This document shows, piece after piece, positions 13,791 to 23,971 of a DNA stretch of 62,192 bases. The position numbers and the translations under genes were made by a program. Location: NCBI GenBank assembly GCA_052055015.1, contig JBQJIT010000021.1, one strand, 5' to 3'. The number at the start of each line of letters is the position of its first letter. The first letter of the stretch is position 1. Source of the DNA: Malassezia furfur. Lineage: Eukaryota. The notes under the pieces are model-generated. The model saw only the letters and a list, made by a program, of their open reading frames with translations, made no database searches and was not told the DNA's origin.

Positions 13791-16700
13791 ATGAGCGAGG
13801 TGTACACAGAGCCCGCGCAGACCCGTATCTCGGACGAGGCGCCGACAAGTGCACAGACGTACGAGAGATCCAATGTTCGCAGTCAGTCGGAAGATACGGG
13901 CGCCTCTGGCGTGCGTTCGGCGTCGCAATCACGCGACACTCCTGCGGCGCGCAAGGGAGGTAAATTGCGTACGTTTATGCGCGGGCGTGGCAGCAACAAC
14001 GAGGTCGTACGCACCGTACCACCCCCGTCTGTGATTGGGGAGCTGCAGACCGGTCTTCTGGTCGTCGCAATGATCACCATGACGATGGACCGCGACGAGC
14101 ACAACAAGCCACGTATCCCCATCTTGTTGCAGCAGGTGCACGTCAAGATCAGTGATGTGGTGCACACTAGTTACTCTGGCCATACTCTGTTTCGTATTGA
14201 GCTGACGTATGGCGCAGACGTGCTGCGATGGGTTATTTACCGCGAGGTGCGCGACTTTTTCAACCTGCATACCTATTTCTACACACAGAGCGTCAAGGGT
14301 TACCTAGGAAAGACGGTCAAGCTTCGTGGAACGGGTGACAACGATGGTGATCTGCCTTCCTTTCCGAAATCGCTGTTTACTGGGATGCTCTCGCTGCAGC
14401 GCGGGCGCAACCAGTCGAGCTCGGAGGGCAAAGAACGCAGCATTGCGTCCGATCGCGAAACGCGCGAGGCTCTCGAGCACTACCTTAGGCGCCTAATCCA
14501 CGGCGTGCAGTTCAAAGCGCAGGCCAATCGACTTTGTCGGTTTTTGGAACTGAGTTTTATGGCGCTGCAGATGGCCAACATGCAGGGCGCATTGGGCAAG
14601 CAGGGCTACTTGCAAATCCGCTCGCGCAGCTCACGCAAGCGTTCGTTTCACATGGACCTCCTGGGAGAAGAATACCGTGTGCCCAAGTGGTTCATTGTGC
14701 GAGAGAGCTACATTGTGATTGTCGAGGACCTATTTGACTTGAAGGTGCACGACGTCTACCTCATGGACCAAGAGTTCCAGGTGGAGCAAAGCCGGCACTT
14801 TCGCAAGCATGTGGTCGAGTATGGCCCGGGGGGTAGCGAAAAGGAGCCGTCGTACAGCAACGAAGACACACAGGATCGCACCGGTGCTACCGTTCACCAT
14901 TACGTCAAACGTCATTCGTTCTGGCTCCGCAACGCCGAGCGCAAGCTCAAGCTAGTTGCGCCAAGCGAGCGCGAGATGGAACAGTTTATCATGAGCATCA
15001 AATGGGCCGCCGGACGAAACCAGTTTGGGCGCCCGAACCGCTTCAACAGCTTTGCGCCGATTCGACGTAATGCGCGCGCACAGTGGCTGGTCGATGGTCG
15101 CGACTATTTTTGGATGGTCTCAGAGGCGATTGCGCAGGCGCGTGAACGAATCTACATCCACGACTGGTGGCTCTCGCCCGAATTCTACTTGCGACGGCCG
15201 GGTACAGAAGAATGGCGGCTGGACCGGCTGCTCCAGCGCAAGGCCCGCGAGGGTGTGCATGTCTATGTGATCATCTACAACGAGGTGTCAAACCAGTTCA
15301 CCCCGACCGACTCAAGCTATACCAAGCAGCGCCTCATGGCGCTCCATCCCAATATCTTTGTACAACGGTCCCCCTCGCATTTCCAAACGGGCACCTTCTA
15401 CTGGGCGCATCACGAGAAGCTGTGCGTGGTTGACGAGATGGTTGCGTTTATGGGCGGCCTGGACCTGTGTTTTGGCCGTTGGGATACATCTACCCACTCG
15501 CTCGTGGACGATCCGCACGTGAACGGTCCGATCGAGGTGGTGACGGACCCCAACTTCATCGGTCCCGTCGCGGACGGCACCGAAATCGAGATTTGGCCCG
15601 GCCAGGACTACGCCAACGAACGCATCGCCGAATGGCACACGCTCACCAAACCCGAGCTGGATATTATCCCGCGCGACCGGCAGCCGCGTATGCCGTGGCA
15701 CGACGTGAGTACGCAGCTGTTTGGGCAGCCGGCGCGCGACCTGTGTCGTCACTTTTGTCAGCGGTGGAACATGCTGCTGCGCAACAAGAAACACACGCGG
15801 CGTATGCCTTTCTTGATGCCTCCGCCCGACATAACGCCTGTGGAGATGGAAAAATATGGCGTGCAGGGCACTTGCGAGGTGCAAATCTGCCGTTCGGCGG
15901 GCCCCTGGAGCCTAAACACACCCAAGACCGTGGAGCATTCGATCCAGAACGCCTACTTGAAGACGATCCAGCTCAGCGAGCATTTTATCTACATCGAAAA
16001 CCAATTCTTTGTGACCTCGACGGCCGCAGAAGGCGTCCACATTGAGAACAACATCGGCCTTGCGCTGGTGGAGCGGATCGTGCGCGCCCACCGCGAGGGG
16101 CAGCCGTGGCGTGCGGTGATTGTCATCCCGCTGACCCCCGGCTTCCCTGAGGCGTACGACAACCCGGAGAGTGGCTCGGTGCGCATCATCCAGATGCTCC
16201 AGTATCTCTCGATCAGCCGTGGCCCCAACAGTATCTACAGCCGGCTCGTGCGTGCCGGCATCGAACCCCAAGACTACATCCAATTTTTCTCGCTGCGTGG
16301 CTGGGGACAATTGCGCAACGGGCAGCTCACCACCGAGCAAGTGTACATCCACGGCAAGCTGATGATTGCCGACGACCGCACTGTCATCATGGGCAGCGCC
16401 AACATCAACGAGCGGAGCCAACGTGGCGACCGCGACTCGGAGCTGGCATGTGTGATCCGTGACGAGGACATGATCGACTCGACCATGGCCGGCAAGCCAT
16501 TCCAAGTCGGGCGCTACGCACACACGCTGCGCGTGCGACTGATGCAAGAGCACGTGGGCGTCGACGTCGACCAGCTCGAGCTCGATGTACTGCACCCGGA
16601 CGGTGCGAGCCCCAGGCCGCCGTCCGAGTTGAAAACGCCCAGGATGGACCCTGTGTCGCCGACCAAGCGCCGGTTCCGCGCGTCGCGCGGGGTGTTTGCA

Positions 16701-17141
16701 CCGCCATTCCCACGCCCCGAGATCCCGGTGGAGCTGTTTGAGGATCCGCTTTCCAGTGAGTTTTACCACGACGTCTGGTCTAGCGCCGCGGACTACAACA
16801 TGGCCGTCTTCCGTCAGGTGTTCCAGTGCGTGCCGGACGACGATATCAAGACGTGGGCGGCGTACAAGACCAGCCGAATCTGGGCAAACCGCCTGTCCCG
16901 CTCGCTGTGGCACCAGCCCCGCAATGGCGGAGGTAACGAAGAAGCGCAGTGGGCCGGTTCCACGCCGACGCCCGACATGGACGCCTTCTCCGCCCGCGAG
17001 GTGAATCAGATGGTTGCGCTGCTCCACACCTGTTGCGGACACTTGGTGCACCATCCGCTGCACTTTTTGGAGCAAGAGGCGGCCGCGAGCAACTTCTTGT
17101 TCCCACTGGATCAAATAAACCCAATCTCGGTATTTGACTAG
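13791..17141 (+). CDS. SPO14: Phospholipase D1 (Spo14-like; PX/PH plus two HKD domains)
   Basis: Two HKD motifs (HHEKLCVVD and HGKLMIADD...GSANINERS), plus IYIHDWWLSPE, PRMPWHDV and YIENQFF. The start is uncertain (in-frame ATG at 13704 or 13791). Confidence 0.9.
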   Translation: MSEVYTEPAQTRISDEAPTSAQTYERSNVRSQSEDTGASGVRSASQSRDTPAARKGGKLRTFMRGRGSNNEVVRTVPPPSVIGELQTGLLVVAMITMTMDRDEHNKPRIPILLQQVHVKISDVVHTSYSGHTLFRIELTYGADVLRWVIYREVRDFFNLHTYFYTQSVKGYLGKTVKLRGTGDNDGDLPSFPKSLFTGMLSLQRGRNQSSSEGKERSIASDRETREALEHYLRRLIHGVQFKAQANRLCRFLELSFMALQMANMQGALGKQGYLQIRSRSSRKRSFHMDLLGEEYRVPKWFIVRESYIVIVEDLFDLKVHDVYLMDQEFQVEQSRHFRKHVVEYGPGGSEKEPSYSNEDTQDRTGATVHHYVKRHSFWLRNAERKLKLVAPSEREMEQFIMSIKWAAGRNQFGRPNRFNSFAPIRRNARAQWLVDGRDYFWMVSEAIAQARERIYIHDWWLSPEFYLRRPGTEEWRLDRLLQRKAREGVHVYVIIYNEVSNQFTPTDSSYTKQRLMALHPNIFVQRSPSHFQTGTFYWAHHEKLCVVDEMVAFMGGLDLCFGRWDTSTHSLVDDPHVNGPIEVVTDPNFIGPVADGTEIEIWPGQDYANERIAEWHTLTKPELDIIPRDRQPRMPWHDVSTQLFGQPARDLCRHFCQRWNMLLRNKKHTRRMPFLMPPPDITPVEMEKYGVQGTCEVQICRSAGPWSLNTPKTVEHSIQNAYLKTIQLSEHFIYIENQFFVTSTAAEGVHIENNIGLALVERIVRAHREGQPWRAVIVIPLTPGFPEAYDNPESGSVRIIQMLQYLSISRGPNSIYSRLVRAGIEPQDYIQFFSLRGWGQLRNGQLTTEQVYIHGKLMIADDRTVIMGSANINERSQRGDRDSELACVIRDEDMIDSTMAGKPFQVGRYAHTLRVRLMQEHVGVDVDQLELDVLHPDGASPRPPSELKTPRMDPVSPTKRRFRASRGVFAPPFPRPEIPVELFEDPLSSEFYHDVWSSAADYNMAVFRQVFQCVPDDDIKTWAAYKTSRIWANRLSRSLWHQPRNGGGNEEAQWAGSTPTPDMDAFSAREVNQMVALLHTCCGHLVHHPLHFLEQEAAASNFLFPLDQINPISVFD

Positions 17142-17183
17142 CATAGTCATGCACGTACATGCGCATTCTACTACACTATATCT

Positions 17184-18608
17184 TTACTTGGCGACAATCT
17201 TCTTGAGCGCCTCCATCGAGAGCGACTTGGGGCGCTCGATGGGGAGACCCAGGATACGGTCGAACACGAGCTGGGGCAGTGCACCAATGCCACGCGAGAT
17301 ACCGAAAAGCACCGTGTAGAACTTGAACTGGTCAAGACCGTACGAGTAGAGCACACAGCCCGAGGCGGCGTCCACGTTCGGGAAGGGGTTCTTGGTCTTG
17401 CCGTGCTCCTTGAGGACAGGGGGAGCAAGCTGCGACAGGCGCTGCACGAGCTGGACGAGCGAGTCCTCCTTCAGCTCAGGGCGCGTCTCACAGAACTTGG
17501 AGAGCGCCGTGAAGCGGGGGTCGGGCTGGCGCAGCACGGCGTGGCCGTAGCCGGGCACAACACGGCCGCTCTTGAGCGTCTTCCAGAGGTAGTCCTGCAC
17601 CTCCTTGTCGCTGGGGCGCTCGCCGACCTCGCGCTGCAGCTCCAGGAACCAGCCGAGCACCTCCTGGTTGGCCAGGCCGTGCAGGGGGCCAGCGAGACCA
17701 TTGAGACCCGCGGCGTACGCCAGGTAGGGGTCCGACAGGGCCGAACCAACCAGGTGGGTCGCGTGCGCCGACACGTTGCCACCCTCGTGGTCGGCGTGGA
17801 CAGCAATGTACAGACGGAGGTAGTCGATCAGACCCTCCGAGTCGCCAAAGCCGATCTGGTGGGTGAAGTTCTCAATCAGGTCCTTGGACGGGTCGATGGC
17901 CTGCTTGCCGTCACCCTTGCCGAACACGTTGTAGAAAATGCGCGAGGCAATGGTGGGCAGCTTGGCAATCAGGTTGATCGAGTCCTCGAGCGTGGGCTCC
18001 CAGTACTCGGTCTTCTTGATACCGCGCGAGTAGGCCTCAGCGAACTTGCTCTCGTGGTTCAGGGCAGCAACCGCCGAGGAGAACTGCGTCATGGGGTGCA
18101 GCGTCTTGGGGAAGCTGTCGATGATCTTGATCAGGTAATCGGGAAGCTTGCCCTGCTCAGCGAGCTGCTGCGAGAGCTGCTTCACTTCGTCCACAGTGGG
18201 GGCCTTGCCGGTCAGCAGGAGCCAGAGCATTGACTCGGGCAGGATCTCGTTGCCGGTGCGGCCGATGTCGCAGGCCTTGGGAAGCTCCTTCTGCGACTCG
18301 GGAATGCTGCGGCCGTGGAAGGTGATACCGCTCTCGGCATCGAGCACGGAGCCCTCCCAGAGCATGCACTTCAGGCCACGCATACCACCGATCAGGTTGG
18401 CGACCTTGACCTCACCGAGCGACGACTCGGAGTAGTTGGCCTTGATCTCGGCCAGCTCCTCGCGCTTCTGAGGGACGATCTCAGCAACAGCGTCACGAAG
18501 CGTCTTCGTCGACGCATAGCGCACAGAGGACGCCGACGCAGCAGCGGCAAACTGGCGGGGGGCTGCGGCAGTCCGAAGAGCCGCGCGAGGGATAGTCAAA
18601 GAAAGCAT
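17184..18608 (-). CDS. Mitochondrial citrate synthase family enzyme, closer to 2-methylcitrate synthase (McsA/Cit3-like)
   Basis: Arg/Ala/Ser-rich presequence MLSLTIPRAALRT. Motifs: HADHEGGNVSAH, LAGPLHGLANQEV, VPGYGHAVLR and PNVDAASG. Confidence 0.9.
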   Translation of the reverse strand: MLSLTIPRAALRTAAAPRQFAAAASASSVRYASTKTLRDAVAEIVPQKREELAEIKANYSESSLGEVKVANLIGGMRGLKCMLWEGSVLDAESGITFHGRSIPESQKELPKACDIGRTGNEILPESMLWLLLTGKAPTVDEVKQLSQQLAEQGKLPDYLIKIIDSFPKTLHPMTQFSSAVAALNHESKFAEAYSRGIKKTEYWEPTLEDSINLIAKLPTIASRIFYNVFGKGDGKQAIDPSKDLIENFTHQIGFGDSEGLIDYLRLYIAVHADHEGGNVSAHATHLVGSALSDPYLAYAAGLNGLAGPLHGLANQEVLGWFLELQREVGERPSDKEVQDYLWKTLKSGRVVPGYGHAVLRQPDPRFTALSKFCETRPELKEDSLVQLVQRLSQLAPPVLKEHGKTKNPFPNVDAASGCVLYSYGLDQFKFYTVLFGISRGIGALPQLVFDRILGLPIERPKSLSMEALKKIVAK

Positions 18609-18842
18609 CGCGATGGTACGGGGCAACTCGAAGGCGCTTGGACTCGTTTTAAGTAGGGGACGGTTTCTGATCGAGGCGAGCCAATTGCAGTGGTCCACCG
18701 AGTATTCCGACCGGCTTCTTACTCCCCAAATCCAGCTGCCGGGGTCACGTGATGCGGAACTCGTCGGACTTACATCGACGTCGGCACCCCCCACGTGGTC
18801 GAATCCGATTTTCCTCCCGCAGCACGGACCGCTTGCCCCACA

Positions 18843-20102
18843 ATGCGCGTGACGCCCGACGAACCCCAGGTGGTGAGCGTGCTGCTCCTCCGCGAACCGG
18901 TGAGCGTGTCCCAAGGTACAGATGCATACCATGATGCGTTCGGGTCGTTTTGTTTGCCATCATACTCTCTCTCCGCTCTGGAGTCGGGCTCATCAACGCC
19001 GCGCAACGCCAACGGGCAGATTGCACGCACCCCGGACAGCGATCAGTTTGGCAGTCCCGTGTCAGATCGCACGCTGGCGTTGAACCACAACATATTTCAG
19101 GACCGCTCTTATCTCATGACACACCACTTGTCTTCTGACGATGACAGTCGCGAATACTGGATCGTCAGCTACCCGATTTTGTCGCACAGGCTGGAAAACA
19201 TCCAGGCGTTGGCGGACCGGATTCTGCACGCCGTGGAAAACAAAGCATCGTACGATGGCGTAGTCATCACAAGCAAACGCGCTGTGCAGGCCTGGGTCGA
19301 GGCGTGCAAACAGGTGGCGACCATCATGCAAGAGCGACCCGACTCGAAGATGGACAGCGAGCGCATCTGGAGCACCGTGCCGTACTACGTGGTGGGACCC
19401 GCAACTGCCAAGGCACTGACCTCGGCACGCCTCGCCCCCATGTTGCGGCCACAGGAAGTGATTGGCGCCTCGGACACGGGCACAGGCGCCGCATTGGCGC
19501 AATGCATGGCCGAGCGTTTTGCGGCCCAAAATGTGAGCCAGCCACAGCGCCTGCTCTACCTAGTCGGGAGCAAGCACTCGCTCTCTTTGCAAGAGACCTT
19601 GGAGGAATTAAAAGCGCCGGTGGAGCTGGACGAGCTGTGTGTGTACAGCACGGAAAAAGATACCAACTTTGAATACCATTGCCGACTTCTTTCAAAAGAG
19701 CTGCCGCGCGTGGACGCAATGCAGACCATGCATAAAACTTCGCCGCTCCTTGGGCGTCACCACAACCTGAAACTCACGGAGCTTGGCCCCGACGGAGATA
19801 TACATCCGCCCACGGACAGCCACTTTGCGGTCACACCCCCGTCGCACGGCCAGGCCCCAAAATGGATCGTGTTCTTTTCCCCATCGGGCGGCGACTATGC
19901 ACTCTCTGACCTCGAAGCGTACAATTGGGTGCGCAAGACTGAGGCGGATGGGGAAAACCCCATGCCCAAAATTGCATGCATTGGTGCTACGACAGCAAGC
20001 TGGGTGCGCGAGCGTCTCGGTGTCGAGCCAGACGCCATTGCCGAGCGTCCTACACCCGATGCGCTCCGTGATGCCATTGTAAATTCTGAGCGTGCCGACT
20101 AA
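18843..20102 (+). CDS. HEM4: Uroporphyrinogen-III synthase
   Basis: Motifs: VLLLREP, YDGVVITSKRAVQAW, YVVGPATA, GASDTGTGAALA, WIVFFSPSG, IACIGATTA and AIAERPTPDAL. Confidence 0.85.
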   Translation: MRVTPDEPQVVSVLLLREPVSVSQGTDAYHDAFGSFCLPSYSLSALESGSSTPRNANGQIARTPDSDQFGSPVSDRTLALNHNIFQDRSYLMTHHLSSDDDSREYWIVSYPILSHRLENIQALADRILHAVENKASYDGVVITSKRAVQAWVEACKQVATIMQERPDSKMDSERIWSTVPYYVVGPATAKALTSARLAPMLRPQEVIGASDTGTGAALAQCMAERFAAQNVSQPQRLLYLVGSKHSLSLQETLEELKAPVELDELCVYSTEKDTNFEYHCRLLSKELPRVDAMQTMHKTSPLLGRHHNLKLTELGPDGDIHPPTDSHFAVTPPSHGQAPKWIVFFSPSGGDYALSDLEAYNWVRKTEADGENPMPKIACIGATTASWVRERLGVEPDAIAERPTPDALRDAIVNSERAD

Positions 20103-20115
20103 TGTGATTTCCCTT

Positions 20116-21505
20116 TTACGAGCGCTTGTGCCACATGAACCATTGGACAATGATCACCAGATCAAACACCAGGGTGCCAGCCGAGCCAAGCAAAAATGGC
20201 AGACTTTCCATGAGGAAAGCACGCCGCTCAGGACCCACCGCTTTCGGGTTCGATAGGATACTGACCGAGTACAGCAGGTTAGCCATGAATGCAGAGATAA
20301 ATAGCAGCAAGGACAACCCTTTCACGGAACGACGCTGGAAGTTGGTCCAGATCTGGGGCATGCGCGAAGTCATGTAAAGCAATGTACAGAGCCATGCAAG
20401 CACGCGCCCCACCAGTTGGCCAAATGCCAAAGGAGGTCGACGGCGTTCAGTGCGGTCCGGTTTTGAGTCGTGAGTAGGCATATACAGCAAAAACGGATGG
20501 CGCGGCGCTGCCAAGAGAGAGGTATCGTGCAGCGTTGCAGAGGAATTGGCGAGTGGATGCAGGCCCAAGGCCGTCGTGCGCATCGTGTTAGGCACCAAGT
20601 CAGTATCGGGGCCAGGCAACCTAGCAAAGGCGAAAAGTGCGCCGATGCCCAACAGCACCATGGACGACCCACGTCGCGTCGTGCCTGGCCGTGGTGCCAA
20701 AAACCGGTGGCGACGCAGATGGTTCGCAGGAGCCACGGCATGGCCATCGTGCTGCATATCCAACGCACCATTTGTCATCATTGCCGCCTCGGTTAGCGGC
20801 ACAAGCAGCCGCTCACGTCGCCGGCCACGCGCGAGCGATTCGGTCGTCGATTCCATGTCTGACGGCCCGGAGACGTCCTCGAGCGAGTCAATCATGTTTG
20901 CGCGACGAGGGTGTGAGCGGTCCACGGTTTTTGAGCGACGTGCATTTTGTTTTCCTTTTCCACGGGACGTAGGTGTGATGTACGCGTCGGACGACTTCGC
21001 GCGTACCAGTTCCGGACGCGACTTAGAGGCTGGCGCGGCAACACGATGTCGCGATGATCGCGATGACCGCGTATTAATCGAATAGGAGCGGTTGGGGTGG
21101 TCCAGGCCACGGCGGTAGCGTGTGACCAACAGCGGCGAACGCTCCGTCACGTAGGTCCCCGTGCGTGTGGGCGGGGTTGCCTTGTGGTAGGCTGGGTGAG
21201 AGCGCGGAAACGCACCGAAGTATTGCGCGCAGAGGCACAAATCCACCATAAGCATGTATGCCGCAATCACAATTTGTATGAACAGCTGCTTCGTGAGCAC
21301 GCTGCCGATTAAATTGGTGACATCGCCCAGTGTCCACTGCAACAGAAAGACTGGGGAGATGCCCTCGACACTCCTAGTCACGTAATTTGTGTACAATTGA
21401 CTGGGTCAAAGCTATCACATACGGCGTTTGAGCAAAGATCCATACAATCAGGCTTCCTGTGCCTGACAGGTGCGACACCGTCGCGCGACTGAGTGTCGCC
21501 CCCAT
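20116..21505 (-). CDS. PQ-loop vacuolar amino-acid transporter (Ypq1/PQLC2-like); intron 21422-21401
   Basis: Two PQ loops: IFAQTPQLYTNY (restored by the 22-nt intron) and YMTSRMPQIWTNF. Also SVEGIS..FLLQWTLGDVTNLIG and PFLLGSAGTLVFD. Confidence 0.88.
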
Positions 21506-21569
21506 CGTTGGCAGGGAAGGAGCACGGCCCTCCGAACCCCACGTGACCCTACCCACGGTCTCCACAAGC

Positions 21570-22162
21570 ATGAGCCGACGCACCGCCGCGGCGCCTGATC
21601 GGCATGCGCTCCTCACAGGCCACGCGTATCCGTCGTCCTCTTCGGTGAGGGTAATCAGCCCAGCTGTGTCTGAATATAATACTCCGCTGCGCACAGCGTC
21701 GCCGTACGAAAATCCGTATGGTGACATGCAAGGCGCGCCCAAAAAGGAAGCATCCAGCAGCGGTGGCTTTGTGAGCCTGTTCCAGGGTACAGCAGCGCAG
21801 CAGCGCAGCGCAGCAGATCTCGAGGAGCAGAATGATACGCGACTTGATGCGCTCGCTGAGCGCATCAAGATGTTGAAAGACGTACGCCTCCCTCTCTCAC
21901 CCAGATCTCGACGGGAATCGGAAACGAAGTGCGCGAGTCAACAAGCGAGATGAACTCGTTGGTGCGTGAACGCGCTGACCCAGAACGACGTCTTTTCCAA
22001 CGCGTCTGCCCTGCTCGGATCCACATTCTCGCGGATGAATGCCATGGCACGGCGTCAAAAGGGCTGGTTCTGTAATATGATGCTGTTCATCCTGCTGGTG
22101 ATCTGGATCTTCGTACGTAAACTCGGCTCATCAAGGTCTTTCTATGGTGGTGGCGGCGATAG
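21570..22162 (+). CDS. BET1: Bet1-like Qc-SNARE; introns 21882-21904, 21962-21983, 22113-22135
   Basis: SNARE motif DLEEQNDTRLDALAERIKMLKD|ISTGIGNEVRES...MNSL|NDVFSN and a C-terminal TM segment MMLFILLVIWIF|VFLWWWRR*. Confidence 0.85.
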
Positions 22163-22189
22163 CAAATACATAATCTACAAAGCAAGGCA

Positions 22190-23812
22190 TTATGGCGAGA
22201 CATTTTCTCCGTCGGCATTGGTCGTCGTGATGCCAAAACCTTTGCATGAGTCGAACACGGGCAGGCAGGAGAGGTAACGGCACCAGCGACACGCTTGGCG
22301 TGGATCGGTGCTGCGGTAAAAGTTGAGGCTTAGTGCAACAAAGAAGGCAATCAGCAATCCAATCCCAATCAGGCGGAGTACCCACGTCCCCACCATGTGC
22401 GCGCGCGTCGCATGAATCGAAGGCGCAAAGAACATGCCTCCGAGAACCCCAATACAGAACCCACCAATGTGGGAAAAATTGTCAATCCCAGGCAGCAAGC
22501 CAAGCCCGAGACCGATCACCGCAAAGATGATCGAGACTACGATGCGCGTCCGTGCGCGGTTTTCCTGTGTCAGCCGAGGCATACGTACGTATTTCCAGTT
22601 GTAAATGAGGTCGATGATCTCCAGGCTGATACACGTATAGATCGAGCCCGAGGCACCCAACGCAGGCTGTCCAATCAATCCAAAGTTGCCGCCCAGCAGA
22701 TTACCGCCGATGCCTCCAGCCATGAACACTACAGTGTAGGCCACAGAGCCGATCAGTTTTTCAATCTGGCAACAGAGCGTCAGCAAAACAAGAAGGTTGA
22801 AGATGATGTCTGGATGAGCGGAAACACGTACGGACGATGCCAGAGTGCAAGAACTGGTGTCAGTGAGTTGACGTACAATCGCCGAGACAAATCGCCAGGA
22901 CTGGTCCGGATTCTGGGCATCTGACAGACCGCAAATTTGCGACAGGGGGCACAGTTGGCTGTCGGTAAACTCGTTCGTCGAGCTTGTCGTGTACTCCAAA
23001 CATGGTAATTTGTTGGTCGCTGGAAGACCGGGGACACTTCGCATGCACGGTACGAAGCGTGCACCAAACGAGATTAGAAACTCGACCGAAGGACCAAGCA
23101 TGGGTTGAACCTGGGGGTGGGTTTGAATGGCCTGACCCGTTGTCTCTTTTGCAATGATGAGCTCGGCGATAAAAGCCCCAACCATGCCGAGTCTGTGTAA
23201 GTCGACAAAGCTGTGTACGTACGCGAGAAACCAGCTCACAATCGGCCAAGATTGGCGCCCCACGCCACGCTGGCGTTGGTCAATCTGCCGCTGTAGTAGT
23301 TCGGGGTTGGACCAGGTAAATTTGCCGGAATGCTCGTTGCCTGCCACGTAAGGCTCTTGACGGGATGACGTCCCCATCCAATTGGACAGCAACGAAGGCT
23401 TGTGTGATTGTTCAGAATATATTGGTTGGTCCAGCTGCCGCGCCTCGTCGAATTCGTCTTCTGCAAAGTTCATAGTGCTGCCATGCTTCGTCAAGGGTAG
23501 CTCCGCTTCGCTTTCTCCCCATGTGTTGACATAGCGCGATGGAGAATACGGGGGAATAGAAGTCATCGACTGTGCACCGGGCGGCGAAGCACGGAGGTAG
23601 GGCTGCTGTGCATAAACTTGGCCGACATCGTAAGCACCCGTCCTGGTAGGTTGCATGACGCCCGTCTCATATACCCCATCATGAGCATGCTCGAGTCGGT
23701 ATACGCTTTCAGTATCGTATGCCATAGGGTCGCTGTAAGGCGCATCCGCTACTGACTTAGAGCCCTGAATGTGCTGTTGTACGGATGAGAAGAGGTCCTC
23801 ATCCCTGTTCAT
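22190..23812 (-). CDS. Rhomboid intramembrane serine protease; introns 23222-23193, 22876-22854, 22831-22810, 22588-22565
   Basis: Motifs: PMLGPS, GARFVPCMR, WRFVSAI|FLHSGIVH|IIFN, catalytic GASG and DNFSHIGGF, and C-terminal CRWCRYLSCLP. Confidence 0.9.
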   Translation of the reverse strand: MNRDEDLFSSVQQHIQGSKSVADAPYSDPMAYDTESVYRLEHAHDGVYETGVMQPTRTGAYDVGQVYAQQPYLRASPPGAQSMTSIPPYSPSRYVNTWGESEAELPLTKHGSTMNFAEDEFDEARQLDQPIYSEQSHKPSLLSNWMGTSSRQEPYVAGNEHSGKFTWSNPELLQRQIDQRQRGVGRQSWPIVSWFLAYVHSFVDLHRLGMVGAFIAELIIAKETTGQAIQTHPQVQPMLGPSVEFLISFGARFVPCMRSVPGLPATNKLPCLEYTTSSTNEFTDSQLCPLSQICGLSDAQNPDQSWRFVSAIVRQLTDTSSCTLASSVRVSAHPDIIFNLLVLLTLCCQIEKLIGSVAYTVVFMAGGIGGNLLGGNFGLIGQPALGASGSIYTCISLEIIDLIYNWKYVRMPRLTQENRARTRIVVSIIFAVIGLGLGLLPGIDNFSHIGGFCIGVLGGMFFAPSIHATRAHMVGTWVLRLIGIGLLIAFFVALSLNFYRSTDPRQACRWCRYLSCLPVFDSCKGFGITTTNADGENVSP

Positions 23813-23971
23813 GGTGCGGAGGCTGCGCACGTAGGGGAATCTCACACCCAAATCTTGTGTTGTTGTCCGATGACAATATCTCCGACGACACAGCCAGAGC
23901 AACACAAAAAAATTCCAAATACCACCACTGAAGAGATCCCTCCACACGAGACGCGTCGAGAAGAGGGTGAC

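Noticed and set aside
11465..17150. Antisense ORFs opposite MTR10 and PLD (349 and 412 aa)
   Set aside because: Same codon-bias artefact; they overlap well-supported genes.
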